The notes: generated by a model not told the origin, from the letters alone. Counted from the stretch's first letter, positions 26,185 through 39,213 are shown. The stretch: 64,000 nt of DNA from Mytilus trossulus (GCF_036588685.1 NW_026963301.1:434001-498000); one strand, 5' to 3'. Made by a program: numbers and translations.

Positions 26185-26960
26185 AGTAAAAGAGAGGCGA
26201 AAGATACCAGAGGGGTATTCAAACGTGAACGTTAATAACAAACGGACAAAGTTATCGTTATAGAAAAGAAAAAGACCATGCAACATATAAACAATAGTAG
26301 ACAAAACGGAACATAGAAAACTACTGACTGAGCAACACAAACCCACAAAAATTGTTTGGGGGAGAGTTCGATGCTCTGGTAAGGTAAGCAGATCATACTC
26401 CACATGTGGCACCCGTTGTGTCGCTCATGTTAGTAAATACCCAAGTATATTAGTAAGTCTGAGTAATGGAGAACAAAACGATGTGATTGTGGTTACGACA
26501 AAATGAACATATCCGCTATCATCTGTGAAACAGATATTCAATAACAGTTAACCAACTCGTGATTGTGTCCATAAAACTGACGAAGGGATGATTTCAACTT
26601 CACTATTTGGAACTAAAAATGGAAAGTCCAGAATTAAGAATTGGAAATCATCTCTATTTTAGTAAAATTGTATTCTCAACCGACCCTCATTGTCAATTTC
26701 TAGATGTGAGTCAAGATATGAGGCAGACTTAACAGTATCTGATGGGATAGATGTGTTAAACATAGTCACCATTTGTTTTAAATTATTTAGTAGAAAACAT
26801 CATCTATATATAGTGGAAAGTAAATTCAATGGATATTTACTGCTCACTTCTTTTCTTTCGTCGTAAGTAGTTCATGTGTGAAGTCAGTCTAGTCGGCAAG
26901 AAGAGGGGCACAGTTTGTTCCCATGGGAACACCGGTTACTTATTGAAAACAAGTACTATA
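26185..26960 (-). mobile_element. Fragmented Penelope-like retroelement
   Basis: 26185-26613 matches 28926-29345. The minus strand at ~26900-26935 translates GVPMGTNCAPLL, a PLE RT motif. Confidence 0.65.
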
Positions 26961-27693
26961 AACGTAACAAAGAAGTAAGGAGCCATGTCACTAACTGTCA
27001 TTCAATTACAAGTATCATAGAATAAGCTCACTAGTAAAAAAATACTAATCCTTGATGATATTGTTAATATGACTTCTGACCTTGTTTATGTGACTATATT
27101 TGACCTTGTTAGTTTATGTGAATATTTGACCATGTATTTGACCTTGTTAGTTGGAGTATTTAACCTTATCGGTCGTCCCACTGTCTATATCACTCTGTTC
27201 AGCTCTTAATATTATTCCGTACCATGTCTTTGTGACGTCAAATACGTAGACCCGGCCTTAATAACTTTGACCCGGACATATCAGCGACGTCATAATGTTT
27301 GAACCGACGTTAATAACTTTGACCCGAACTTATCAAGTCATCTTTTGTGTGCTGGTGAAACAAAGAAAACACTTCTGAAACACGCAAATATAGCCCGATA
27401 AATCGATTATTAGATTATCTGCATATTGATAATGTAAAATATCAACTGCTTGACAAAATATGAAGGCTTTTTGATCTCGTTCGCTACGCTCACTCGACAA
27501 AAAGCTTCATATTATGTCTCGCAGCTGATATTTTACGATATCAACATGCAGATAACCTGATAATCGGTACGTATTTGACCTTGTTAGTCAGTGTGAATAT
27601 CTGATCTTGTTAATGTTAACACTTGTATTTGACCTCGTTAATTAGTAGAGTATTAGAACTTGCTAACACATGTCTGTGATGATATCGTTTCAG

Positions 27694-27799
27694 GTTCTGG
27701 TTATGCTGTATTATTCCGCTCTGTATTGATTCTTGTAAAGACGTAACACACACGTGTCCTAACTGTAGACATGTTGTGGGGAAGTTTAGCCGAATGTGA
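27694..27799 (+). CDS. LITAF: LITAF-like gene 3, exon 3
   Basis: tttcag acceptor. Translates [34 protein letters not shown]. Confidence 0.92.
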
Positions 27800-27905
27800 T
27801 AACACGTGCCATAACTGTAGACATGTTGCGGGGAAGTTTAGGCGAATGCGATAACATTTGCCCACATTGTAGACCTGTTGTTGGAAAGTTTAGCCGAATG
27901 TGATA
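27750..27905 (+). repeat. 3 x 52-bp tandem repeat spanning the stop codon of LITAF gene 3
   Basis: Units at 27750-27801, 27802-27853 and 27854-27905. Confidence 0.9.
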
Positions 27906-28925
27906 ACTAACTGCATGTTAATCCTAACAGTTGATACTTAAACTTATGTACAGCGATCGAATCCTCTGTTAGGATCTGTTATATAGTTTTTCTTCATACT
28001 TAATGATGTACTAAGGTGAAATTTAAAAAATCATCTAGAATTTAAAATTTATACTATAAAGTCGGATGAGCATTCCATTTAGTTAAGGAACAAAATATGC
28101 ATAATCTGCTTAAAATTTTGTTAAAGGACATTTAATGAGCTATTAAAAGTCTTGTATGAAAAGAAAAATGGGTGCTATCATCGGGGGCAAATTATTTAAC
28201 CCTGTATTGAAGGAAAAAAAACAATGAATCAGAACATATGACACAAATTCCTTAACGTCACTAGATAAGTACTAGATAAAGTTCATTTATAGAAAAGTAT
28301 AACGAAATCCTATATTAAGTAAAAAAATGATTTAGACTATATTATTTGTGTTGAAAATAACACTACTCTCCTTTTCCCATAAATTAAGTTTTTGCATGTC
28401 TTCAATGTAAGCCATAGGGAATAAATTGATAGTAATTGTACTATGTGATATGCCTGCATTGCTGTACTAATTATTTATACTTTTTATGCCGTACATTTTA
28501 ACAACTTGATTAATGTCCCTTTACACAAATGTGCAGTTTATTATGACCCAACTACTTTATAAATCGGTCATATACAATGTATATTTTTCATATTTTGTAG
28601 TTTTAATATAAAGAATTATATATCATGTCGTGTACAATAGTGTAGTATACCAACATCAACAAACTGAAATGTGTATCAGTATGTTTTTAATTTGTTGAAA
28701 TACGATATTATAGAGTATAATTGCATACTTATGTTCAAATTCATTGTATTTTATTTTTAACATACATTTTGGTTATTAAATTGTTTTTATGATTATCCGG
28801 TATCCTTATAGATTTATTCAGTAATATCCAGATTTTCAATGAGACAACTTCAGATGGTGGAAAACACGAACACATATATTCTTTGAAATGTGTGCTCGTA
28901 TATAACTGTACATCCTGTTACTTTT

Positions 28926-29408
28926 TAAAGAGGGACGAAAGATACCAAAGGGACAGGCACACTCATAAATCTAAAACAAACTGACAACGCCATGGCTAAA
29001 AATGAAAAAGACAAACAGACAAACAATAGTACACATGACACAACATAGAAAACTAAAGAATAAACAACACGAACCTCACCAAAAGCTAGGGGTGATCTCA
29101 GGTGCTCCGGAAGGGTAAGCAAATCCTGCTCCACATGTGACACCCGTCGTATTGCTTATGTGATAACAAATCCGGTTAATAGTCTAATTCGGTAGGTAAC
29201 GTTCATGAAAGGGAAGGGGATTGCACTTACGACGTAAGGAACATATCCGATATCATTTGCGAAACGGTTATTTCATAACGGTTATTTAACGGTGATGGCA
29301 TTCGTAAAATTTACGAAAGGATGATTTCAACTTCACCATTTGGAACTCTTGGTTTAATAGCTGCCTTGTGAGTAGCAACCCTCTATCAAGAAAATCATGA
29401 TAGGAAAT
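28926..29408 (-). mobile_element. 5'-truncated Penelope-like element (RT C-terminus plus 3' region)
   Basis: Minus strand at ~29295-29405 translates SYHDFLDRGLLLTRQLLNQEFQMVKLKSSFRKFY, homologous to the RT tail at 56152-56675. Confidence 0.7.
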
Positions 29409-31033
29409 GTTTTAACTTTATCCAAAACTATTTTTCTAGTCCTAAGGAAGCAAACATTTAACTTCAGGGGTGGGTGCATGGAGTATTATTTTTTTGTCTA
29501 CGTAAAAAAGCATCTAACATTTCTGTTTTTGTTTTTCAATGCTATATATCAAATGATTTTCTTCTTCAAAACTTAAAAAACTATATAATATATGGGGAAA
29601 AACTTGATTTATTATGTTTTTTTTGTCATCTGCATGACTACAATATTTTGTTCAAGGATTTAGAATATTTTTTTAAGGAAAAATCCATACCCCTCCATCA
29701 AGTTAAATGGTCGTTCTCTAACATGAGATTCATTTGTGACGTCAAGTGCGCAGAATCAGTATGTCTATTTTCCTAAACTATAAATAAGAATTATTTTTTA
29801 GGGGTCAGCTAAAGCACGCCTCCGGGTTAGGGATTTTCTCGCCTGAAATGAGGAACATTTGGTGGCCTAGGTATTTCATTTGATCTTTGGTCGGTTTATT
29901 GTCTCTTTATTGGTATTTTAGTAGTCTCAATTTCATGACAGCACAATGCTTCCTGTGACATCGTAACAACAATCCACAGGAAAACAAATAGAAATATACA
30001 TAATTCGATATGGTATTCAGAAGTCGTCGTTTCTCATGATTTCTCATGATTAGAGGCTGTTTCCACACATTTGAACTCGTTTTGTCGTCTGAGGTATACA
30101 ACTACGATCATGTTCTTCCTGTTTCGTTCGCTTGGCTGTGTGGGATGTATACATACTCAGCCACATTAGAAAGAATGAGTAAGGTAAATCTAACGCATTT
30201 AACACCTGCCCTGTCCAACATACTAACATCTCATCTACGGTCAACTTTGCCTGATGGATTCAGCTATAATGATTCAAGGTCCGTTTTGTTCGTAAAGCTC
30301 TTCAGTTGGTTGACTGACAAATTCTTGGCTTTTAAATGTTTGTCTTTGGGAGCGTTCCTGATGAAGGTAAATCCAGCAAAGCGCTTCAGACATAATTATG
30401 TTTAAGTTTATTTTTCATTTTTTCCGTTTTGTTATCAAATAAAAACAAATTTCTATCTTTTCAAAACAACACATAAGTCACGTCTAGAAAAGAAGAATTT
30501 TAAAACTTAATTACATTTTTAAAATATATTCCTCCGTTCGTGTCCTTTTAGGCAATATATGCCAATTGTATCCGTGTGCATCTAGCAAGGGAAAATTTAA
30601 ATCTATTAAAATGCTTCAAATCAGATTTAAATTCACTTTTACATATTGCGTTTATCAATAACAAAGATATCTGTAAGTAGCCTTAATGTTTAAAAAAAAC
30701 CTGGGAATTTTATCATACATCCAATTTGTTTTGATATATCTAAATTTTTAAATCGATGAATTCAAATATATATTTTAAATGTTCATTATCTCATAATGAC
30801 ATTTGTGAAATCACACCATCTTTTATAATACATGAACACGCAATTATTTATTTAAAAAATATTTTTTTAATCAAATATTAAAATAAGCAAATTGCCGCAC
30901 TAGCTTCAGAAACTATCGTGCGTGCAACACTTATCAACGACAGACCCTAACTGTAGGTTAGCCGCCTGTGTATCAACAGAGCGTGTGTTAATTTATTGAA
31001 CATTTTTGTAGTGCAGGGCGTTAACTATTCACA

Positions 31034-31073
31034 ATGCAAGGACAGGGACCGTACCCCCAGCAAGGACAACCAG
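31034..31073 (+). CDS. LITAF: LITAF-like gene 4, exon 1
   Basis: acaATG; MQGQGPYPQQGQP followed by CAG|GTAAAT. Phase 1, and composition continuous with the next exon. Confidence 0.85.
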
Positions 31074-32168
31074 GTAAATTATCGAATTAATTTTATAAAC
31101 ATATTATTCTTAATTATCTGACCTGCTTTGTCGAGACTTTGACGTGAAACAGATGTCTACGAACTTACATCCATTAGTAGGTGAAATATTTATTGTAGCA
31201 TATCAAGAAGTTGGTTAATTTTTACAAAGTTACAAGTTTTCATATCTGCACATTATTGAAAAATGAAAATGTGTTATAAGAACATAACGTGCAATTAAGC
31301 AACCCGTTTTTAGTATAAATATAACGGGGACGGGTTATTTACATATAGTTAATCAGGTTGTAGCTGACATTATGCCAAGGGAAATGGTATCATGTCGAAC
31401 ATTTATACCAAGTTATCAATTCATAAATCGATACACACATTTATCATTTCTTTATAAATGCTTTCCCTTATTTCTTTCAACTTTGATTTAAATAACTTTT
31501 GATTTTTCTTGATATGATCAGCTTTGGAAAAAAATGATGAAACATTTTATGACCTTTCATTTTACTGTGATACGATCATGGGTGAATGAATGAATGAAAA
31601 ACACCAAGATAATTGCTTGACATTTCATTGCGACAGCTTGAGGGCAATACACTCTAGCTTCGCATCTCCCTTGTTCAGGTCACGTGATGTGCATACCTGG
31701 GACAATTGAAAGAAAAGTTTTAAAGGTGTTTGTAGTCATATTTTTTTCAGGGAATGTATCCTCTAGTTTAATGATTGTCTTTGCTTTTTGTGTCAAAAGA
31801 GGGTTACAATTAAAAGTCTTTCCATACTAAACTGTTGATATATTAATCGTCAAGCAGTACTAGTAACCGCGATCGAATCATATTCAGTTTTTACTTGAAA
31901 ACTGAATGATCGGCAAGCAGCATTAACAAAACACAAGGTTGTATAAAGAGTATGCCGGTATAAACAGAATTTACGAAGCACGGAAATGGAAGAAAACAAA
32001 TCCTTTTGAAGGTGTTGTTATTGATACAAAATACACATTCTGCATTGAGGATCTGGATGGGCCCTTTTCATTTCCATTCTCTTTCATTTTTAAGTTTTTT
32101 TTTGTATGCTTTATATTTAATTGACCCATTATTCTCTACCCTTAGTATTTTAGCACCCCTTCATTCTC

Positions 32169-32331
32169 CAGTGGCGGATCCAGAAAATTTCACAAGTGGG
32201 GGCCGACTGACTGACTTAAGAGGGGCCCCGCTTTAGTTCCGCTTCAGTGATTCCCTATATAAGCAACCAATTTCTTTTCCCAAAAAGGGGGAGGAGGCCC
32301 GGGCCACCTGGCCCCCCTAAATCAGCCTCTG
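32169..32331. mobile_element. Short hAT-like MITE
   Basis: Termini CAGTGGCGGATCC / AATCAGCCTCTG with TTCTC on both flanks; related to the 3263-3557 termini. Confidence 0.5.
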
Positions 32332-32949
32332 TTCTCTATTCATAATTGTTGGCCCTATTTTCTCTTTTCTTTATTTCTGTAGATTCGACCAAATATTCTC
32401 TATAATGACAAACCCATTCACACCTTCTTTTATGATCTTTTAGAGATTGATGCACACTTTGATATTATTCTATGTCTTGATTTAAATTCTTTCAAACTAA
32501 TCGTAACTTTTGTATTTATACTTATTTCATTATAAAGACCGTTAACAGTGCTAAAACCACCAGTTAACTACATGTATACCTGTTCAGGCCCTAGTAAGCC
32601 ATTGTTTGGGAATGATACTTGTAAAAATTCTATTCATTATATATATTAAGCTCCTTTATCCAACTCTGAAGTGTACGATAACACAATTGCATCATTGAAA
32701 CAAAGACAAAAAATAAATTATATGTATTTTTGTATTGTAATAATAGACTGTGACACGAATTCAGGTACCTGGTATAAGAAGATGTGGTATGAGTGCCAGT
32801 GAGACAACTCTCCATCCAAGTCATAACTTGTAAAAACTATTATTGGTCAATGTGCAACATATGGAGCCTTTGCTCACACTGAACAGCGAGTATATAAAGG
32901 GTCCCAACATGTAGTGTAAAACAATCGAAACATGAAACTTACGGTATAA

Positions 32950-33175
32950 GGGACGACATCAAAAGTTCAATGAAGGATAAAAAATTAATTCACATAGTTT
33001 TTTACTGACCCCCTTACCCCCCTCTTAACTTCATTTTGGGAAAAAATGATTGACCCATATGGATACTTGTAAAAAAATCAATGTCGGATAACCAAATCTT
33101 GCAGCAGTTCAACCCCCCACCCCAAACTATTTGAATTAAGTTTGTTATCCTTCATTGATCTTTTGATGTCGTCCC
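32950..33175. mobile_element. PIF/Harbinger (Tourist-like) MITE
   Basis: TAA TSD (32947-32949, 33176-33178); ~40-bp TIR GGGACGACATCAAAAG / CTTTTGATGTCGTCCC. Confidence 0.8.
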
Positions 33176-33468
33176 TAATCTATTATATATAAACAACGAT
33201 ACATGCACGTACGTACCACATCACCTAATGACCGGAACCGCTGTTGTTCCTGACTAAGGACAGGTGCAAACAACAGCAGTGGTTTTCAACGTTTGAACAG
33301 GCTTCAATCTTCACCTTAACCTAGACCAGTAGTATAATATTATATACAACATAGAAAGACACACTAGAATATCAGTTGAAACTCCATCAAAATGAAATAA
33401 TAACAAAACAGGTAAAGACACACTGAACAAATGACTTTTTTTTATATATACTTATTTTCATTATCAAG

Positions 33469-33736
33469 GTTATCCTCCACCGGGACAGCAAGGCCAACCA
33501 ATGTACCCACAAGGTCAACAAGGTTATCCTCAAGGTCAACCTCAGCAAGGTTACCCACAAGGTCAACCACAGACGCAGACAGTTGTAGTACAGCAGCCTA
33601 TGATTGTTAATCAGGTGTTCAGGGAGTCTCCAGTCCGTATGCAATGTCCTGCGTGTAGAGCAGATATAGTCACGGCTTTAAATTATGATACTGGGATGTT
33701 GGTGTGGATTCTTTTTGGAGTAATGTGTATATTTGG
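33469..33736 (+). CDS. LITAF: LITAF-like gene 4, exon 2
   Basis: Acceptor AG at 33467-33468. Translates GYPPPGQQGQPMYPQGQQGYPQ...FRESPVRMQCPACRADIVTALNYDTGMLVWILFGVMCIFG. Donor GG|GTATG. Confidence 0.92.
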
Positions 33737-34840
33737 GTATGTCAGATTTATTATACAATGAATGGGCGTTACAGTGTATACGGCATTTACAATGTCCGTC
33801 TGTCCGTTTGTAATTTTCGTTTCATATTTCTTACATTCTGTATTGTGCGGCAATATGATTAGCTAAATAGCTAGTGTCCTAGTCGAGGATAAATGGAGGG
33901 GGGGTTCCAACTATATATGTTCTCATCCAAATTGCATTGATCATGTTGATCGTCATGAAAGGGGGTTCCAACTAATGTACTGCCTCAAGTATAGACATAT
34001 GATGACAAGTTTATTGAAAATCATTTAGACGTGCTAATATATGATTTACATTTTGTACTTTTATCATCTATCAATTGTGCATATATATTTCCTCCTATTG
34101 TAAAATAAAATCGGGCTTGGTAGGCCAAAGTGACAACAATCTACAAGAGACAGAATGACGTAGATGAAAACAATTTTATAACTTGTCAATTTAGATTTTT
34201 GAATAATATCCGGTCGGATGTGATATACACTTACAGTCAATTTACTGAATGACACTGCGAATGTTCTATACACTTACAGTCAATTTACTGAATGACACTG
34301 CGAAGGTTCAAGTTAAACTCAATGTTAACGTTACGGTTTAAGTTTTTTTAAATTTTTTTATAAGATGATTGCATTTTTATGCACAACACTAAGTCTTAAT
34401 TTGGCCACCTAAGCATAGGAAGGGGAAACTTATATAAATTTCTATACCGAATATGTTAAACAAACAACAGGAAATAGATTGATTGACGTAATGTCCAGTG
34501 ACAAATATTTGAAGCATGCTCAATTCACAGAGAAAAACCTATGTGACTGAACATTCAATGACATATATTATTCGAATATTAATTCCGACACGATAAGAAC
34601 AGATTTTCATTCAATATATCGAATTCCGTTACTACATATGACGAGGTTGCTTAAAAAAAGGGGGGGGGGGGTGAAATGGAGTACATGACCTAGAATATTT
34701 TAAGGTATATGGGCGACCTAAATCATGTACATGTTACTCAGCTATATAGCGTTGACCTTCAATAGTCAAGTAAGGTCATTCATGAAGGGAGTGTTGCAAC
34801 TTTGGGGTCTGCCTGATGTGGACTTCTTTATCTTTTGTTT

Positions 34841-36123
34841 TTTTAGCTCACCTGACTCAAAGGGCCAAGTGAGCTTTTCTCATCACTTGGCGACCGTCGT
34901 CCGGCGTCTGTAAACTTTTACAAAAATCTTCTTCTCTGAAACTACCTGGCCAAATTTAACCAAACTTAGCCACAATCATCAATAGGGTATCTAGTTTAAA
35001 AATTGTGTCCGGTGACCTGGAATACCAACCAAGATGGCCGTCACGGCTTAAAATAGAACATAGGGGTAAAATGGAGTTTTTGGCTTATAACTCAAAAACA
35101 AAAGCATTTAGAGCAAATCTGACATGGGGTAATAGTGTTAATCAGGTCAAGATTTATCTGCCCTGAAATTTTCAGATGAATCAGACAAACCGTTGTTTAA
35201 AAGTTGCTGCCCCAAATTGGTAATTTTAAGGAAATTTTGCTGTTTTTGGTTATTATCTTGAATATTATTATATATAGAGATGAACTGTAAACAGCAAAAA
35301 TGTTCAGCAAAGTAAGATCTACAAATAAGTCAACATGACCAAAATGGTCAATTGACCCCCTAAGGAGTTATTGCCCTTTATATTCCATTTTTAACAATTT
35401 TTCGTAAATATTAGTAATCTTTTAGAAAAATCTTCTCCTCTGAAACTTCGGTGACAAATTAAACTAATCTTAGCCACAATCATCATTGGGTTATTTAGTT
35501 TAAAATTTGTGTCCGGTGACACGGCATACATGTACCAACCAAGATGGCCGCCACAGCTAAAAATAGAACATAGACGTAAAATGCAGGTTTTGGCTTATAA
35601 CTCAAAAAACAAAGCAGTTAGAGCAAATCTGACAGGAAGTAAAAGTGTTTATCAGGTCAATATCTATCTGCCCTGAAATTTTTAGATGAATCAGACACAC
35701 CATTGTTAGGTTGCTGCCCCTAAATTGGTAATTTGAAGGAAACTGTTTTTGGTTATTATCTTGAATATTACTATAGATAGAGATAAACTGTAAACAGCAA
35801 TAATGTACAGCAAAGTAAGAACTAAAAATAAGTCAGCATGACAAAAATGGTCAATTGACCCCCTAGGGAGTTATTGCCCTTTTTAGTCAATTTTGAACTA
35901 TTCATAAAATTTGTATATTTTCACTAACATGTTCCACTGAATCTATTGGGCCAAGTTCATTATAGATAGAGAAAATTGGAAGCAGCAAGAATGATTAGAA
36001 AAGTAAGATCTGCAAACACATCCCCTTCACCAAAACACAATTTTGTCATGAATCCATCTGTTTCCTTTGTTTAATATTCACATAGACCAAGGTGAGCGAC
36101 ACAGGCTCTTTGGAGCCTCTAGT
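34841..36123 (+). mobile_element. HINE/pearl-like (Helentron-associated) element, apparently full length
   Basis: TTTTAGCTCACCTG 5' end with hairpin, sub-terminal IR AGGTGAGC, 3' palindrome AGGCTC..GAGCCT and a ~500-bp internal tandem unit. Another fragment lies at ~62065-62215. Confidence 0.8.
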
Positions 36124-36467
36124 ATTATTTTCCGTTTTAACATGCAATTAAAAAAGCGTAAACATGTATATTAAAATATAAAACAAGAAGATGTGGTATT
36201 ATTGCAATTGTTACAAATATACTCCAAAGTTGAAATGAAGTGCATGATGTAAGCAATACCATGACATATAGATACCAACGCCTTTCATGAACTACAGGCT
36301 CCAAACTTGAGACGGGTGCAGTAAGAATGTTGCGAGTTTAAACGTGTTTGCTGGTACCAAACCCTAATCCCGGACTTTGGCGTCACAGTACAACATTTGG
36401 ACAAACTATAAAAAATAGTTGAAACGGACTAAATGATATCGATACAAAGCAGAAAAACAACCTACAT

Positions 36468-36757
36468 CAAGAATGTGTCTTTCGTACACGGATGCCCACT
36501 CGCTCTATCATTTTCTATATCCAGTGGACCGTGAAATCGGTGTAAAAACTCTAATTTGGCCATAAATAGTGAAAAAATCATACCTTAGGGGACATACATG
36601 TATGTACTAAGTGTATGCTAAGTTTCAAGTTTATTGGACTTCAACTTCATCAAAAACTACCGTGAAGAAAAGTTTGAACTTGAAGCAGGACAGACGAACA
36701 AACGTCCGGACGTCCGGACGAACCGACACGCACTGACCGTTAAACATAATGCCCCTC
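36468..36757 (-). mobile_element. HINE copy, same family as 4481-4983
   Basis: Reverse-complement match: CAAGAATGTGTC end, core repeat, GGAC-type microsatellite and CATAATGCCCC. Confidence 0.7.
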
Positions 36758-38934
36758 GGTATTTTATCTTTGATGTGTGACAAATGTACCGAAGATAAGT
36801 TGGAAATGGGATTAAACTGTAAGAACTCAGAACAGATCGTCATGAAATCGTGCTTACGTACCAATCATAACCAAACGGCTGTAATTGTGGTTTTGTCAAC
36901 CCGGATATTTACTTTTAAATTACATTTTAATTGTAAAGGATTGCTATGTGAGTTTCCTAAACATAAACACACGTTCGCAATTTATCTTTTTTATTACATA
37001 CAAGTTTCAAATTAAGACGATATCTAGCTGGTTTTTAACTGTATCTAACCGCGCACTCAATCTCTCTCGGACACACTTATGGCAATATGTATACTTTGGA
37101 TGCATTTGACAGGTTCCCTACTTTAACTCTCTAAGAGGAGGCTGAACGAATTAGATCAAATATGTGAGATACAATCATCCCCTCCGCACCCTAACCCCCC
37201 CCCCCCCCCCAATAAAAAAATATAGAAAACTGGCTAGGCTACTGTTAAAATTTGTATATACTTTAGTTCTTTGATTATTATTTTTTTCATTTTCAATTTG
37301 ATTCAAAGATCAACCAGGTGCGAATATATACAATATAAAGGTAAATTTGGGAATTTCCCCGTGAGGTTGGTTAATGTTCAAAAAAATTTAATGGACCTAT
37401 TGACATATCGCAAGGAGTGACAAAGGTCGCAAACATTCTTTAACCCGATTGTGTACAGGGAATATTATCAGATTGGTTTGGGACATACTGAGGACTGCCA
37501 AAAATTTCATGTTGAGGCCCAATGTGGCATAGTGTACCTAACTAACTAAAGGAAATAGAAGATTTAAAGGCTTAAGATATACTATCTTTTACTGATAATT
37601 AGTGTTTTATCTACAATTTCTAAATATAAGGGTGAACAAACGTACAATTTCTAAATATAAGGGTGAAAAAACGTATAATGTGCGAAAACGATTTTTCTCC
37701 GTCACTGGTCATAAATTATATTTGAGGGGGAAATTGGTACTAACGCCTTTATTTGGACTGTTGTGGTGCATACTAAATTTTCCTTTACCGTCCCTTACAT
37801 GAAGCTTCAAAATGTGAAATTTATTATTTTAACAAAGTATCTGAAAACCGCTGATTGAAATTTAACCATAAGGACGTTTATATTTTTGGGCGATGCGTAA
37901 TAGTGCACCAAGTATTTCAAATTTGTATGAGAACTAATATAAAGTGGTTTCACATTTCGAAATGCTTGTGTATTGTTTGATATTTTGCTCAGGGACATTT
38001 TAATGGTTTTTATTTTATACATCATAATACTATATACTATCATACACTGTAGTGTAGTTATGCATCGTTTATTTTGTTTTTGCGTAGGAGACAAAAAATG
38101 TGGAAATCCATATTACATACACAGTCTACACAATCATAATTAAATCGATCTTATCAAAAGATATATCGTGGTGACCTCTCTATCGTAATGCCTTACAGTA
38201 AATGTCAGACGATTGTTAACAAACCACAATTGTATATATTACACTAACTTAATCAAAGTTCGTCACCGAAAAAGGGTAAAAAAAATCCCTTGAACTTGAC
38301 AGTTGTGGGAAATTAATCCTACATTTTATAGAATTAAAGCTTTTCTGATTTAGTAATCTATATCTTTGGTGTTTTAAAGCACCATTAATTTTTTTTGCAT
38401 GAACCCCCTGAGGGGTTCATGCTTATATATTGGTGAGTTTTGGATGTGTCTATGGGCCACTCGATATCTCTCAGCCGGAAGTCAGAATAAATTTCTCGGA
38501 ACGTCTCGAAATTTTTCGGTCATTTATACAGATCTAAACAGGTTGTTATCTACGTCTTTGATATGGTCCCTTGATGGCCCTTGACGAAGCAATTATATTT
38601 GTTTTACAAAAAAAGTAAAAACACAAAAACGACCACTGTATACTGTGTGTATCTGGGTCAATTATAACGTTGTCTCGATAACATGTAAACTAATTATGTT
38701 TGAAGATTTAACCACGGGATGCTGACAGTGTATTTCATCATAGACTTACGTGGAGAACATTCTAGTTATACTATTTATATTAAATCGGAAAACAGAAAGA
38801 TAATATTCTAATCAAACTTATCTAATTTAATCGGAATGAAAGAAATATCTACCAAATTAATATACTGTATTTATGTTTCTGAAGAAACTAACAATGATTG
38901 AAATCAGAATATTTTCAGTTACAATTAAGGAATA

Positions 38935-39054
38935 ATAAAATTGAGAATGGAAATGGGGAATGTGTCAAAGAGACAACAACCCGACCAAAATAAAAAACAA
39001 CAGCAGAAGGTCACCAACAGGTCTTCAATGTAGCGAGAAATTCCCGCACCCGGA
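38935..39054 (-). mobile_element. 3' tail of the Penelope-like family at 55507-56675
   Basis: Near-identical to 55509-55632. Diverged + strand copies lie at ~5690-5780, ~7560-7720 and ~29800-29930. Confidence 0.75.
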
Positions 39055-39213
39055 ATATTTTTATAAATACATACCTTTTTATATAAATTGGTTATTTTGA
39101 AAGTGTATACAGGTAGTCATTAACTTCAGAACTAAGAAATTCTTCGGCAAAACCAAGTTTCCCTGCTGTATAATGTTTGAAATGATTTTAAAAGTAAAAT
39201 CAGGAAATCCTTC

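Noticed and set aside
38397-38422. Perfect hairpin GCATGAACCCC-CTGA-GGGGTTCATGC as terminator or ncRNA
   Set aside because: It follows a T-run like the 5' hairpins of the HINE elements here, so it is most likely a transposon end fragment.
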